Source of the DNA: Cyanophora paradoxa CCMP329
Lineage: Eukaryota; Plantae; Glaucophyta
Assembly (NCBI GenBank): GCA_004431415.1
Contig: QPMI01000496.1
Location: forward strand, 611,463 to 675,462
Length of the DNA: 64,000 bases
Direction: 5' to 3'
How positions within the stretch are numbered: position 1 is the stretch's first letter; each line of letters begins with the position of its first letter. Positions 40,712-52,274 of the stretch are shown here, one piece after another. The notes beneath the pieces were generated by a model. The model was given only the letters and a program-made list of their open reading frames with translations, was not told the origin of the DNA and made no database searches. A program made the position numbers and the translations under genes.

Positions 40712-43700
40712 TCAGTCCGCTCTCTCCTCTTCTTCTCTTCCTCGTCTTCCCGTCTTCCCGTCTTCCTCTTCTCTCCCGGAATCCCCCTTCTTCAAATTGC
40801 ACTGGTAACCTGGCGGAGCAGGTGAGTATTAGAATGTGATCACGAGGGCGAGAGGGCGCGCGAACCGTCCGGGCGCAAAGGGCCCCCGGCCTCCTCGAGG
40901 AGCACCGCCTCGACCTCGATCAAGCTGAGCTGTCTGTTCTCTGCATCCTGTTAGGGAATGACCGGAGTCGGACCAGGAAAGGAAGCGGAAGGCCGGGGTA
41001 TCGCTGGCAGGGAAGGGGAGGGGTACCGTGATGCCTTCAACGGAGGCGGCGCGAACCAGGACCGACCAGCCAGCCGAGAGGAAGGCCTGCGGGGGTACGG
41101 GCGAGTCGGTAGTTCGGGACTACGGGCGACGCAAAGTCGAGTGCACCTTCACACCGCGGTTGCCGCCGGATTTGAGGTGCTTCCAGATGCGATTCGTCAC
41201 GTCTGAGAAGGGGGTACGATCAAAATTCCGGAGCCGCGTACAGATAGCGGAGGGCGGGGGTGCACCATCTGACGATCTGCCGACGTAGATGGGGCGGAAG
41301 CCGAGCGGGTGGCGCACCCCCACCTGGTAGACGGCCGGGACGCCCCCGGGCCGCATGAGGCCGGCGGCCCGCGCGACGGTCTCCGCGACGTTGCGCGCCG
41401 ATCGCGAACGTGATCGCGAGCTCGAGCTGCCCGCGGCCAGTGGGACTGCGCGGTACTCCTCGGGGGGGCACCTGCTCGTGCGCGCCAAGCGCGCGAAGCG
41501 CGAGTAGTCACGGTTCCGTTCAGGAGGACGTGGGTTACTTTGGGGGCGGGACGACGGGGCGGCACCAGCGCTGCTCCATTATCATGTGCACAGGCCACTT
41601 ATCCCGGTCTGCCCCGGGCGAGTAGAAGGCGAACGGCGCGATGACGGGGTCCTGGTCCCCTGACTCAGAGCCCGGAGACTCAAGCACGGACCCCGGCGGG
41701 GGCGGCGGCAGGGCGGGCGCGGGGCCCCTCAGAAGCAGGTCCGGCGTGGCCAGGCCGCGAACTGAACCACGTTAGCAGGAAGAGAAAGGAGGAGGGGGAG
41801 ATGCAGGGGGTACCGGTTACGAGGAGGGGCCAGGAGCGCCAGAGGGGGCGGCCGGGGGGCGGCAGTCCGAAGGCGGCGTCGACTGTGAGCCCCGCGGCCG
41901 CGACGGGAGCGAGGCGCCCCAAGCTGTGCGCGTCCAGCCGGCCCACCTGAGGAAAACGTGATTCGAATTCAGTGGTCAAGTAAACGGATAAGAAGAGAGA
42001 TCAGACATCGGCGGACGCACGCGTCTGTTCGAGGCGTACACCTCGGCTTCGTAGGGGGTACGGGATCCGGACCTGTCGGCCGGCGCGGAGAGGGTCCGGA
42101 TCGACGCTGGGGCACCCTCCACGCCCCCCTCGGTCTGCGCTCTCTCAGCCTCCACGCAAGGACCGGAGCCGGCGTGCTTCCGGGGGGGGGTACACGACGC
42201 ACGCGGGCCAGCAGACTGGAGGGATCGAAGGAAAGGGAGGAGGACCAGGCTTCGGGCCCCTCCGAGGCCCATAAATAGACGCCGGAGCCGGGGGTACAGG
42301 ATGAGGCGGTAGCCTCCCGCGCCAAATTCAGCAGAGTAGTGGAGCCGCGTAGATAGGCAGCGAAGCGGAGGGGGGTAGGGCTTTCGGAAAGGGCGGGGGT
42401 TTCGATAGGGGTAGGGCTTTCGGGGGCCGTCAGTCGGCCCGCCAGCGAGCCGCCAGCGTCCAGCAGGGGGAGAAGAGAAGCGGCTGCGGGGTAAGGGATC
42501 GACGCGACCTGGACGCGGTGAGCGCATGGGAGGTAGCGGTACCCCTCAGAGAGCGTACCGGGCGGCGTCGCCCCGCAGAGAGCGCCTGTATCCCCCTCGA
42601 GCCATCGGGGAGGGCGCAAGGCTCCAGAAGAACCTCGATACCCCCCGAAGGGGGGCTGAACCCCTCGAGGGGAACGGCGCTCGCAATGACGACGGCGCGG
42701 ATCGGCTGAAGTTCGGGGGGTACGGCGAGGGGCGCGGGGGTGGCCGTAGGGGCAGAGGGGCCGGTGGGGAACTCGAGGGGCGGGAGGACCGGCTTGGAAT
42801 GGGAGGGGACGGAAGCGGGGCGGGGTACGGGGGCGCCGATCCGGGAACGCCAAAGGGGGTGCTGCAGGAGGATTTCGGGGGAGAGGGGTCCTCGCGCTGC
42901 GTAGGCGAGACTCAGGCGGGGGGCTGATGGGGGGTACAGGATCCCCGCACCAGAGAGGGACAGGTAGGGGCGCTCGGTGGGTCCACTCCCGCCGAGCTGG
43001 GGGCGGGCGATCACGAAAGAAATTGGACCGCCCGGATTCGAACCTCAGGGTGAAGGAGGAGATCGTAGAGGGCGCGTCCGGTTCGTTTGGAAGGTCTCGT
43101 TCCCCGCCGGAGCTCTAACGACACGCCAAGCTGGGTACGGGGGGTCAGGAGTGAAACGGGCCCCGCCCGGATCCGGGCTCGAACCTCGGGTTGAAGGAGA
43201 AGGGCGGAGAGGCGCAAGGCGCTGCCCAGGAGGGGGGAGGCGACGCAGGCGAGCTCCTCGAGCTCCTCGGCCTGCGTACCCCCCTCGGCCGAGGGGGGTA
43301 CGCAGCTCAAGCAGGCGAGGGAGCCCTCCCAGTACCCCCCGGCGCGCTCGGCCCAGAGCTCAACGTGCTCGGGGGGGCACCGGAGGGCCCCCTCGAGGGC
43401 GGCCCGGGCGGCGGGGGCGTCGACGTTGGGGGTCGGCCGGAGGGTCAGGCAGAGGCGGGCCGCGGCGCCGCGGCGCGGCGTCCTGAGCGTGGCCGACTCG
43501 ACGCGTATCCCGGCCTCGAGCAGGTCGGCTACGAGCCTCTCGGCGCCGTCGGAGAGCAGCGCCGGCCGCCGCGCCCCGCCGACGCGGACGGCGCGGAGGC
43601 CTAGGCCCTCCGGGGCCCCGGGGACGGCGAGCCGCTCGCGATCGAGGGACACGGGCGCCTCGGCCTCGCCGGCGGCGGCCGCGGCCGGGCGGTCGACGTC

Positions 43701-44160
43701 GACGCCGTTGGGCAGGAGAGCGAGGGTGAACAGGACCACGCGCTCGAAGTCGGCCGGCGGTTGCGGCTGCGTTCGGTTGGGTTAGCCGCGCGCGCGCCGC
43801 GCGCCCCACCACAAGGGGCCTTGGCCCGAGCAAGCGCGCCTGATCTGCACTCAAAGCCGGCGCTGGCGGCGCCGAGCACGTCGCTGGCGTCGGCGTCGGC
43901 GTGGCAGCCCCCAATCGGCGCCGCGGTTGTGCTCCCTGCGACGCGCGCGCGAGTCGGCCGCGCCGCTGGGGCTGCTTTTGGGCGCGCGCACGAGATTGAT
44001 GTGTGCCGATCGCAGCGGCCATCCTGTAAATGAGCGGCGGCGCGCCCAGCCGCGCTCTGGATCCCCGAGGAACGCGCTCTTGATCTTGTGCAGATGCAGG
44101 CTCCGCCCCGCCGACCAGCTGGGAGCCGTCGACGCGCTCCAGCCGCTGTCGTGCGTACAT
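40712..44160 (-). CDS. Uncharacterised multi-exon protein with a C-terminal GIY-YIG nuclease-like domain (5' end uncertain)
   Basis: Exons join in frame from at least 43770. The C-terminal part reads PGGVPAVYQVGVRHPLGFRPIYVGRSSD|VTNRIWKHLKSGGNRGVK|AFLSAGWSVLVRAASVEGIT|DAENRQLSLIEVEAVLLEEAGGPLRPD|GYQCNLKKG and carries the Y, YxG, R, H, E and N positions of GIY-YIG. Confidence 0.68.
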
Positions 44161-44761
44161 TGCCGCACGCCGCGCGACGCCGCGCCGGCGAGGGGCGCTC
44201 CGGGCGTCGACGTCGCAAGCTCCGGCTGGCTCGAGCGCGGGGCGCCGAACTGTGCAAACGCCGTCACCGTTCCCTCCGTGCACATCGCTACGCCGCCCGG
44301 GGCTGCCCGGCGCTATCTCGAGCTCGGTTACAATCAGCGAGCTCCAACTCGAGGGTTCCAATCTGGTTGGGCCGGGTTTCGAGCCGCGGCAAAAGTCGAC
44401 AGCGGCAAGCGGGCAGGAGGGCGGGCCGAACGCGCGAGAGCGTGGAGACGCTTCTACACAGAAATCGAGCACCGCAAAGCCGGAAAAGGTGAAAACCGGC
44501 CGATGCCTCTTTAGCGCCCGTCGCTCTACTGGTATTTCATCTAGCGCCTGTCGATAGACGCGATGAATTGCTCGGCCCGCTCGCTCCGAAGGCGCGAACC
44601 GGCTTTCTGCGGTCCCGCTCGCGGCCTGGGAGAGCGTGGATCCTGCCAGAGAGAAGAAAACGCCGGGAATCGCTCATCATGACTGACGCAGGTCGCAAAG
44701 TGGGTGCCGCCAGCGGGAAACGTTCGGCGCTTACTGCCCGCGGAGCTGACTGCCTGAAGCC

Positions 44762-46631
44762 ATGGAGGACGACGGGACTAAGGACGAGAGTTCGTCCCTT
44801 TTTCTGTGCGAGGCAGTGCAGAATGCGCCTGAGTGCCGGGCCGTCGCCGTGAACAGAGATCGAGACCCTCGGCCTCGACGACGAGGACACCAGCGACCGC
44901 GATGAAGAGGTGAAAAGGAGGAAACGCGATCAGGTGTGCACAAAGTTCCTTTTTGACCAGAGGGCTGCTCACCGCCCGGCGCCGCAGTCGTCTTCCGCGA
45001 AGGGCGAGAGCGAAGCTGACGGTACGCGCCGGAGCCCGCAACCGCCGGTACGCGTCTCTGGAGCTGAGCGTAGCGCTCGCGCGCTCTCCGTCGCAGGGCG
45101 CCGCTCGAGTCGTGGTGACGGCAGCTCGAAGGTGGTTTCCTCACATTTCGAACTTAGCCGTCGCTGCGCAGTCCAGTCCGAACTCACCTTGCGTTTCTCG
45201 GGCAGAGCCAGCACGGGAATGGACGCGGCAAGACGGTGCCGCCTCGCAAGAGCGCCAATGGCCCTGCCCAGAAACCGAAGCCCGTCGGTGCGCTCGCGAG
45301 TCCGCGCGGCGCTCCCGCACGCTCCCGACCGTCCGCCGCGCCGCTCCGCGCCGCGCAGAGCGCGACGTCTCCTGCAATATCGTCGAGGACGAGCGGGGGA
45401 AGGAGTACACCGCGCAGGAGATTCTGGAGACTCACACGGCGGCGGACGGGACGCAGTGGTGCGTGGTGAAGACGACGACGAAGGGCATCAACGTCATCTG
45501 CCCGCGCGCGTCGCTCAAGCCGGGGCTCCTGCTGCTCGACGCGGCATCGACGGGCGAGCTCGAGGACGTGCGCTCCTTTTCCTTCCTTTCCCGTTCCTTT
45601 TCCTCACTTAGGCCGGCGCGTGCGCAGGTCAAGCAGGTCTGGTCCGAAGAGATCGCGCGCTGCGCCGACGTCGCGCTGAACACCCCCCTGCACCTCGGTG
45701 CGGCCGCCCCCGCCCGTCTCCGCGCCGCCGCCCGCGCTCACGCCCGCGCCCGCCCAGCCGCCTACAACGGGCACCTGGCCGTCTGCCAGCACATCGTCGA
45801 GAACGGCGGGCGGGACCAGCTGGAGGCCGTCAACAAGTGCGCCCGAGCGGGGAGCCGGGCGCGCCCCAGGCTCACCCTCGCCTCGCCTCCCCTCCCCGCG
45901 CGCGCAGGAACGTGCAGACGCCGCTGCACGTGGCGATTATGCACCCGGAGGTCTTCGAGTTCCTCCTGAAGCAGCCGGAGAGCGACCCGCTGTCGGAGGA
46001 CCTGCAGGGCCGGAACATCCTCGCCCGCGCCGCCGACCAGAACGAGGTCGCGGCGCTGCGCGTCTGCAAGGCCCGCGGCCTCGACGCCGGCGCCGCCTCG
46101 GGCCCCGACCGGCGCACCCCGCTGCACCTCGCGGCCAAGAGCAACGGGTACGGCGCGGTGCAGGAGCTCCTCACGTTCCCCACCGTGCGGCCGCTGGCGC
46201 GGGACGAGATGGGGCAGACGGCGCTGCACCTCGCGGCCGCCAACGGGCACCAGCCCATCTGCGACCTCCTGACCGGCGTCGGTGCGCCGCGCTTCCTTCG
46301 CTTGCCCCGCCGCGGCTCACCGCCGGGCAGCGCCGGAGGCGGCGGGGGTGCGGGACAAGACGGGCAAGGTGGCGGCGGACCTCGCCAAGACGGGCCTGCT
46401 GAAGAGCAGCCTCCTCGAGCTCGCCGAGAAGCACGCCGGCGCCGGTGCGCGCGGCTCGCTCCCAGAGATCGTCCCCATCGTCCGTTCCTTCGGTTTCTGA
46501 GCGGGCGGCGCGCAGTTGGGGAGGACCCGCCGCCGGCGCCGCACGGGGCGGCCGCGGCGCCCTCGCCCTCGCCCTCGCCCCCTCCGCCCGCCAAGGAGCC
46601 CTCATCCTCAAAGGCCCGCGGGAGCGCGGGA

Positions 46632-46668
<37 letters not shown>

Positions 46669-46790
46669 GCTCGCAGCGCGCGGCGGCGGCGCGCTCGTCG
46701 GAGGCGGGGGACAAGGAGAAGGGCAAGCGGAAGCGGGAGACGGGCGGGGGCCAGGTCAAGGCCGAGCCGGGAGCCGCCTCCAAAGCATCA

Positions 46791-46833
<43 letters not shown>

Positions 46834-47779
46834 GGGAGGAGCGCGCGGGGCCCTCGTCCTCGTCCCGCGATGGCTCCTCCTCGGCACCCCCCGGCGCCTC
46901 GGCCTTCGCGCTCTCCGCGATGGCCCCGCCGCCCCGCCTCACCCGCTCCTCCACCGCGTCCCTCGGCGGCGCCTCCTCGCCCTCCTCCTCGTCGGCCGGC
47001 GGCGGCCGCCCCACGCGCGCAGACGCCGCCGCCATCGCCGCCGCCCTCGCCGAGGACGCCATCGAGGAGCCCGAGGACGAGGAGGAGCCGACCGGTGCGC
47101 GGCGCTCCTCCGAACCCCCCGCACCCCGCCTCACTCGCCGTACCCCCCGCAGTGTTCAAGGAGTTCTCGCTGCGGCGGTGGGGCGCCCGCCGGGGCGTCG
47201 CCCTCCTCTTCAAGCGGGGTACCGATATCCCCGCGCTGCTCCAGTTCGCCTCCGAAAAGGCCCGTACCCCCGCTCTCTTTCCTTGCCCCCCCACCCCCCC
47301 CACCCCCCTGCTCGTCCCCCTCTTTGACGTACTCCCGATTTGCCTTGCAGTTCGGGGTACCCATCGTGGAGCTCTGGAACCGGCACGGCGACATCATCGA
47401 CGGCATTGATACGATCGAGCGGGGTACCGGCGACCTGTACTACGCCGGTATGTTCCTTCACTGCGCCCCCCCTTTCCTTCGCGAGCCAACGCCGTACCCC
47501 GCAGCGACTGCGGCGGACGTGGCCGCGGCGGAGGCGGTACCCGGGTGGCCCCCGGCGGGTACGGGCGGCGCGGGCCCCTCCGGCTCTCCGGACGCCTCTC
47601 CCGCTCCGCTCGCGATCGAGATGAAGCGGGAGGCGTCCGACGGGGAAGGAGGGGCCCCCGCGGCGGACGGGCCGGCGGAGCCGCCTGTGGCCGCTGCGGT
47701 GGAGGGCGGCAGCGGGTCCGGGCAGCAGGAGGGCCAGGAGGCCGCGCAGCCGATGGAGACCGACGCCGCCGGCCCATAG
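44762..47779 (+). CDS. Ankyrin-repeat protein with a basic NLS-like stretch, a chromo-like N-terminal segment and a C-terminal KHA-like domain
   Basis: ANK motifs NTPLHLAAYNGH, QTPLHVAI, GRNILARAA, RTPLHLAAKSNG, GQTALHLAAANGH; KRRKR near the N-terminus; C-terminal TDIPALLQFASEK|FGVPIVELWNRHGDIIDGIDTIERGTGDLYY. Confidence 0.85.
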
Positions 47780-48068
47780 CTGTAGCCGCGTCGTCCGGTT
47801 CCGCAGCTAGCTGGCTCGAAGGCAGTGAGAATGGAGAAGGGTGGAACGCGTCTCTGATCGTGCATCGTGACTTGGTCGCACAATGCTCCGCCCTCGCTGA
47901 TTGCGCGCTCGCTCACTATATAGCTAGCGGGCTCCAAATCGATTCAGCGAGCTCAGCAGCTTGGGCGCCGGCGCTGTGCATGCGCAGCTGCGCCTGCAGG
48001 GTGGCAGGTCCGGGCATTGCCGAATTCACGTACCCCCTTGCCGCCGACAATTTCGAAGGCGATCCAGC

Positions 48069-51000
48069 ATGCCGGCGTTCGCAGCATCCTTCGCTGCATC
48101 GCTGCAGGTCGCTCGACCTGCTTGCGGCGCGCCGAACCCCTCGGGAGCGGCGGCGGATCCGTCGCGCCGCTCGACGAGCGGGCCGCGCGCGGAGCACCGC
48201 GGGCGGACCCGACGGGCCGCACATTCGACGCGGTCGCTACGCAGCGGCTTCAAAGGCGAAGCGCCGCCCCTCGCCGAGCGCCGCGGGCCGTTCGTGCAGC
48301 CCGAGGTGCGCAGGGCACCGGGGGGCGCCGCGTGGGCAGCGGCGGCAGCGCCGAAGAGATTCTAGAGCTTGTGCCGTGCGCGTGCGGGGCAAGGGAAACG
48401 CCACTCGTCCTAATCGCCCTCTCCTCGGCTCACGTTCGATGTCGACAGCCGCCGCCGCGGGCCGCCGGAGCAGTCTGCAGCGCCTCGGGGCAGCGGCCCG
48501 CTCCCTCCTCGTCGTCGGCGCCCGGGACGCGGCCGGCCCGCGCCCCGCGCCCGGCGCCCCCGCCCCTGGACTTCGACATCGACACCTGGGCGAGCGGCTA
48601 CGAGTCCCAGACGCGCGAGATCTCCTGCTGGTGCGCCCGCCCGCGCGCGCGCTCCTCAGGCTTGAGCTGGTGTGCCTGGAGCTTTCTCCGACGCACGCAC
48701 GCCCCGCGCCGGCAGGATCGAGGACGTGGAGGGGACGATCCCGCCCGAGCTGGAGGGGACCCTTTTCAGGAACGGGCCGGGGCTCATGGAGGCCCGTACC
48801 CCGCCCGTCCGCCGCCCCCGCCTCGGCCCCAGAGCTTAACCCGAGTAGGTCGGCGGCGTGCGCGTCAACCACCCCTTCGACGGGGTGAGCGCTTCTCCTT
48901 CGCGCTCCCCCGTTCTCCGGCGGCCGCCGCCGCGCCGCGGCTCACGCGCGGCCGGCAGGACGGCATGGTGGCCTCCATTGCCTTCAAGGACGGGCGCGCC
49001 TACTTCAGGAACCGCTTCGTCCGAACGGAGGGGTACGTCAGGGAGCGCGCCGCCGGCCGGGTGCGCTCCACCGGTACCCCCGCGCCTGGAGCCCCGCCCC
49101 GGCGCCGACCGCCGGCCCCTCTCGCAGCGGCTGTACCGGAATACGTTCGGCACCGAGCGGCCCGGCGGCTGGCCTGCTAACTTTCTCGATTTAAACCAGA
49201 AGAATGTCGCCAACACGAACGTGCGCCGCGGGGCCCGGTTCGAATCCGCCTCGGGCCGCTTTTTCCGACGCGGGGCGGGGCGCTCCGGGCGCCAGGTCAT
49301 CTACTGGGGGGACAAGCTTCTGGCCCTCTGGGAGGCATCGCAGCCGTACCGCCTAAATCCGCGTACCCTGGAGACCGAGGGCCTCGAGCTCCTCGGAGGC
49401 GTCCTCTCCGCCGGTACCCCCTTCGCCATCGGCGTCGACGCCCTCGACGAGCTCTGGAAGCCCGGTACCCACTTTTCCTTTTCCGTTCCGCCCCCCCCCC
49501 CTTGATTCGACGCGTACCCCAGGGACGAGCTTCTCGGCCCACCCGCACGTCGACCCGGCGACGGGCCGCCTCGTGACGTTCGGCTTCCAGCCCACCGTGG
49601 GGGGTACGCTCCTCCGCGTATACGAGTTCGAGGCCGACTTCTCCCTCCACTCGTGCGCCCGTACCCCCTCCCAGTCAGTTTCCCCCCCCTCACCTCTCCC
49701 TCCCCCTTCCAAAATAGCCGGCGGACCATTCACCTGCCCGGGTTCGCCTTCTTCCACGACTTCGCCTTCACTGAGAAGTGCCCGTACCCCCTACCCGCCG
49801 CGTTCCCTTCCCTTCTAAGAACCGCGTATCCCCTTCGTCCCCCCCCCCCCCCCCCAGCCACTGCCTCTTCTTCCAGAACCCGGTCGATTTCAACCCTGTA
49901 CCCTTCGCCCTGGGGCAGCGGAGCGCGGCCGCCTGCATGCGCTTCAACTCCGAGCGTCCTACGAAGGTCCGTACCCCCGCAATTTCTCTACCCCCCGTGC
50001 CTCTCGAGCTTCGTCTCAAAGCGCCGCCCCCCCCCGCAGATCCTGGCCATCCCGCGTGCAAAGACGAAGGGCGACCGCCGCCTGTACCCCTCCGAGATCC
50101 CTGTTTACGAGACGGTGCCGCGCCCCGTACCCCCCGAGTCGATCTCCTCTATCTAACCGCGTACCTGCCGCCGGCGCAGTCCCCCGGCTTCGTCTTCCAC
50201 TTCATGAACGCGTACGAGGAGCCGGCGGGGGAGGGGGGTACGGCAATCGTCGTCGACGCGGTCCGGTGCGGCCGAGTCCGGGGGGGGAGGGGGGCCTGTG
50301 GCGCTCCGCCCCCTCCGGCCACAGGCGTGTGTCCCTGACTCTATTTTCCCTCCCCCCCCCCTCCCCCCCCCCCCCCCTCTCCCTCTCTTAGGCTGCCGAC
50401 GCTGCCGGACCTGACGGAGATCCTCGCGGACGGGTACGAGAACATCGATTGGACGAACGGCATCCCCAACTACGTTCGCGTACCCCCCTCCCTCTTCTTC
50501 CCCCCGCGGCGCCTCTTTCGCGACAGTACGGAGTCAGAGACTCTCTCTCCCCCGCACAGCTCTACCGGTTCAGAGTGGACACGGGGACGAAGAAAGTCTC
50601 CAGCCGGCGCCTCTCGGAGCGCATGGTCGAGTTTCCTGCGGTGCGCCCGCCTCTAGGAAAGCCTTCAGCGATTCCGTGTTTGTTTGTTTGCAGGACTATA
50701 AATTGATTTTGGCTTCGTTTGCGCGCCCCGCTCAGGTGAACCCCGACCGGTTCGGGAGGAGGCACCGGTACGGGTACGCGGCGGCGCCGAGCCACCCCAC
50801 CGCGTACGGGCCGCACCAGGCGCGCACGTACCGCTTTCTCTCTCCCTCTCCACCCAGCGCTGACCACCCCTCCCCCCTCGTACCCCGCAGGCGATCGGGC
50901 GGGTGGACGTGGAGACGGGGGACGAGGAGTGGTGGTCGGCGGGGCGCGACGAGTTCGTGACGGAGCCGGTCTTCGTCGGTACGGAGCCCACCTCTAGCTC

Positions 51001-51840
51001 AAGCTTAAGAAAGAGAAGGAGGGAGATTCTTTAGAAGCACAGCCGGGCCCTCGCCTCGCCCTGGTCTGAGCCTTGCCTCCGGGCCAGAGAAAGAGAGAGA
51101 TTGCAGCCGGGCCCTCTAGATCTCTCGACCTCGGGCTCGGCCTGCTGACCTGACTCTGCGGCCGCCGGGCGGGGGCAGGGCGGCCCGGGGCGGGGGACGA
51201 GGCGGACGGCTGGCTCCTCGCGCTCCTCTACGACGGCGCCCGCCGCGCCTCGGACCTCGTCGTGCGGCCCTCCCCGCCCTGCCCCGCCCCGCCCCGCTTC
51301 AGTTCTAGAGAGTCTGCGGCCCGCCCCGTTCCGACATCTAAATATCCCGAGTCATACATAGCATCTGCTAATTACACACAAGTCGGCCTCGCCCCGCCCC
51401 GCCCTGCCGCGCCCCTCCCCGCCGCGCGCCGCCCCGCCCCGCCCCGCCCCGCCCCGCCTCGCCCCGCCCGCCCCGCCCGCTTCAGGTTCAGAGAGCTCGA
51501 GCGGCGGCCGCCCGACCCCTTAAGCGAACGATTAGCTGTAGCCCCGTCTCCCCTCCCCCCGCCCAGCCCTAAGTGCCGGCCTCTCAAAGCTCCCACTCCC
51601 CCCGGCCCTAAGCCTAGTAAGTGCCCGGCCCGGCTCACGCCCCTCCGCTCGTCTCCCGCCGCCTGCCCTCCCCCCCCAAAGCCCCTCCTCCTCCCCGGCT
51701 CACGCCCCTCCCTCGGCCGCCCGGTGCAGGTGCTGGAGGCGGGGCGGGTGGCGGCGGGCCCCGCGGCGCGCCTCCGCCTGCCCCTCCACCTCCCCTACGG
51801 CCTCCACGGCTCCTTCGCTGGCGAGTACTTCGGGCCCTAG
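48069..51840 (+). CDS. Carotenoid cleavage oxygenase (RPE65 family, cyanobacterial ACO-like) with a plastid transit peptide
   Basis: EGTIPPELEGTLFRNGPG, HPFDGDGM, YFRNRFVRTEGY, KNVANTNV. The four Fe-binding His lie in FSAHP, FFHDF, VFHFMNAYE and GLHGSF. The N-terminus is MPAFAASFAASL. Confidence 0.94.
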
Positions 51841-52274
51841 CCTCGCCGCGGCGCAGCTGCGCGTGGCTGTACCGGTATGAAAGGTCCGAGATGTAGACTC
51901 TGAGACGTTCTAAGCTTGCACTCATGATCATCCAGTACTCAGTGACTAGTGAATCTCGGCCAGGGCCTGCGCCATTAGGACCCGCGCATGCGTAGTCTCA
52001 GCGTCGTAGATGTGCAGATGTGCGCTGTCTCAAACCGCAGTCTGTAAATGTGCCAGCAGCTGCAGTTTATACGTATACCGCCGAATTCGAATTCGCCGGC
52101 CCGGCCCGGCGCTGTACCCGTTCGAATCCGAATTCGATGTACCCGATGCGCGGGCCCGCGCTCAAGGATCGGAGGAGCTCGGGTTCGTTCGGCGCGCGCT
52201 TTGAGGACGATCTTTAGCTGAGAAACCGAAAATAGACTTTGAGCAGCGATATCTGTTCATGATCAATTGCAGGG

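Noticed and set aside
40712-44160. Penelope-like retroelement as the source of the GIY-YIG domain
   Set aside because: No reverse-transcriptase motifs or terminal repeats were recognised, and the gene has many ordinary introns.
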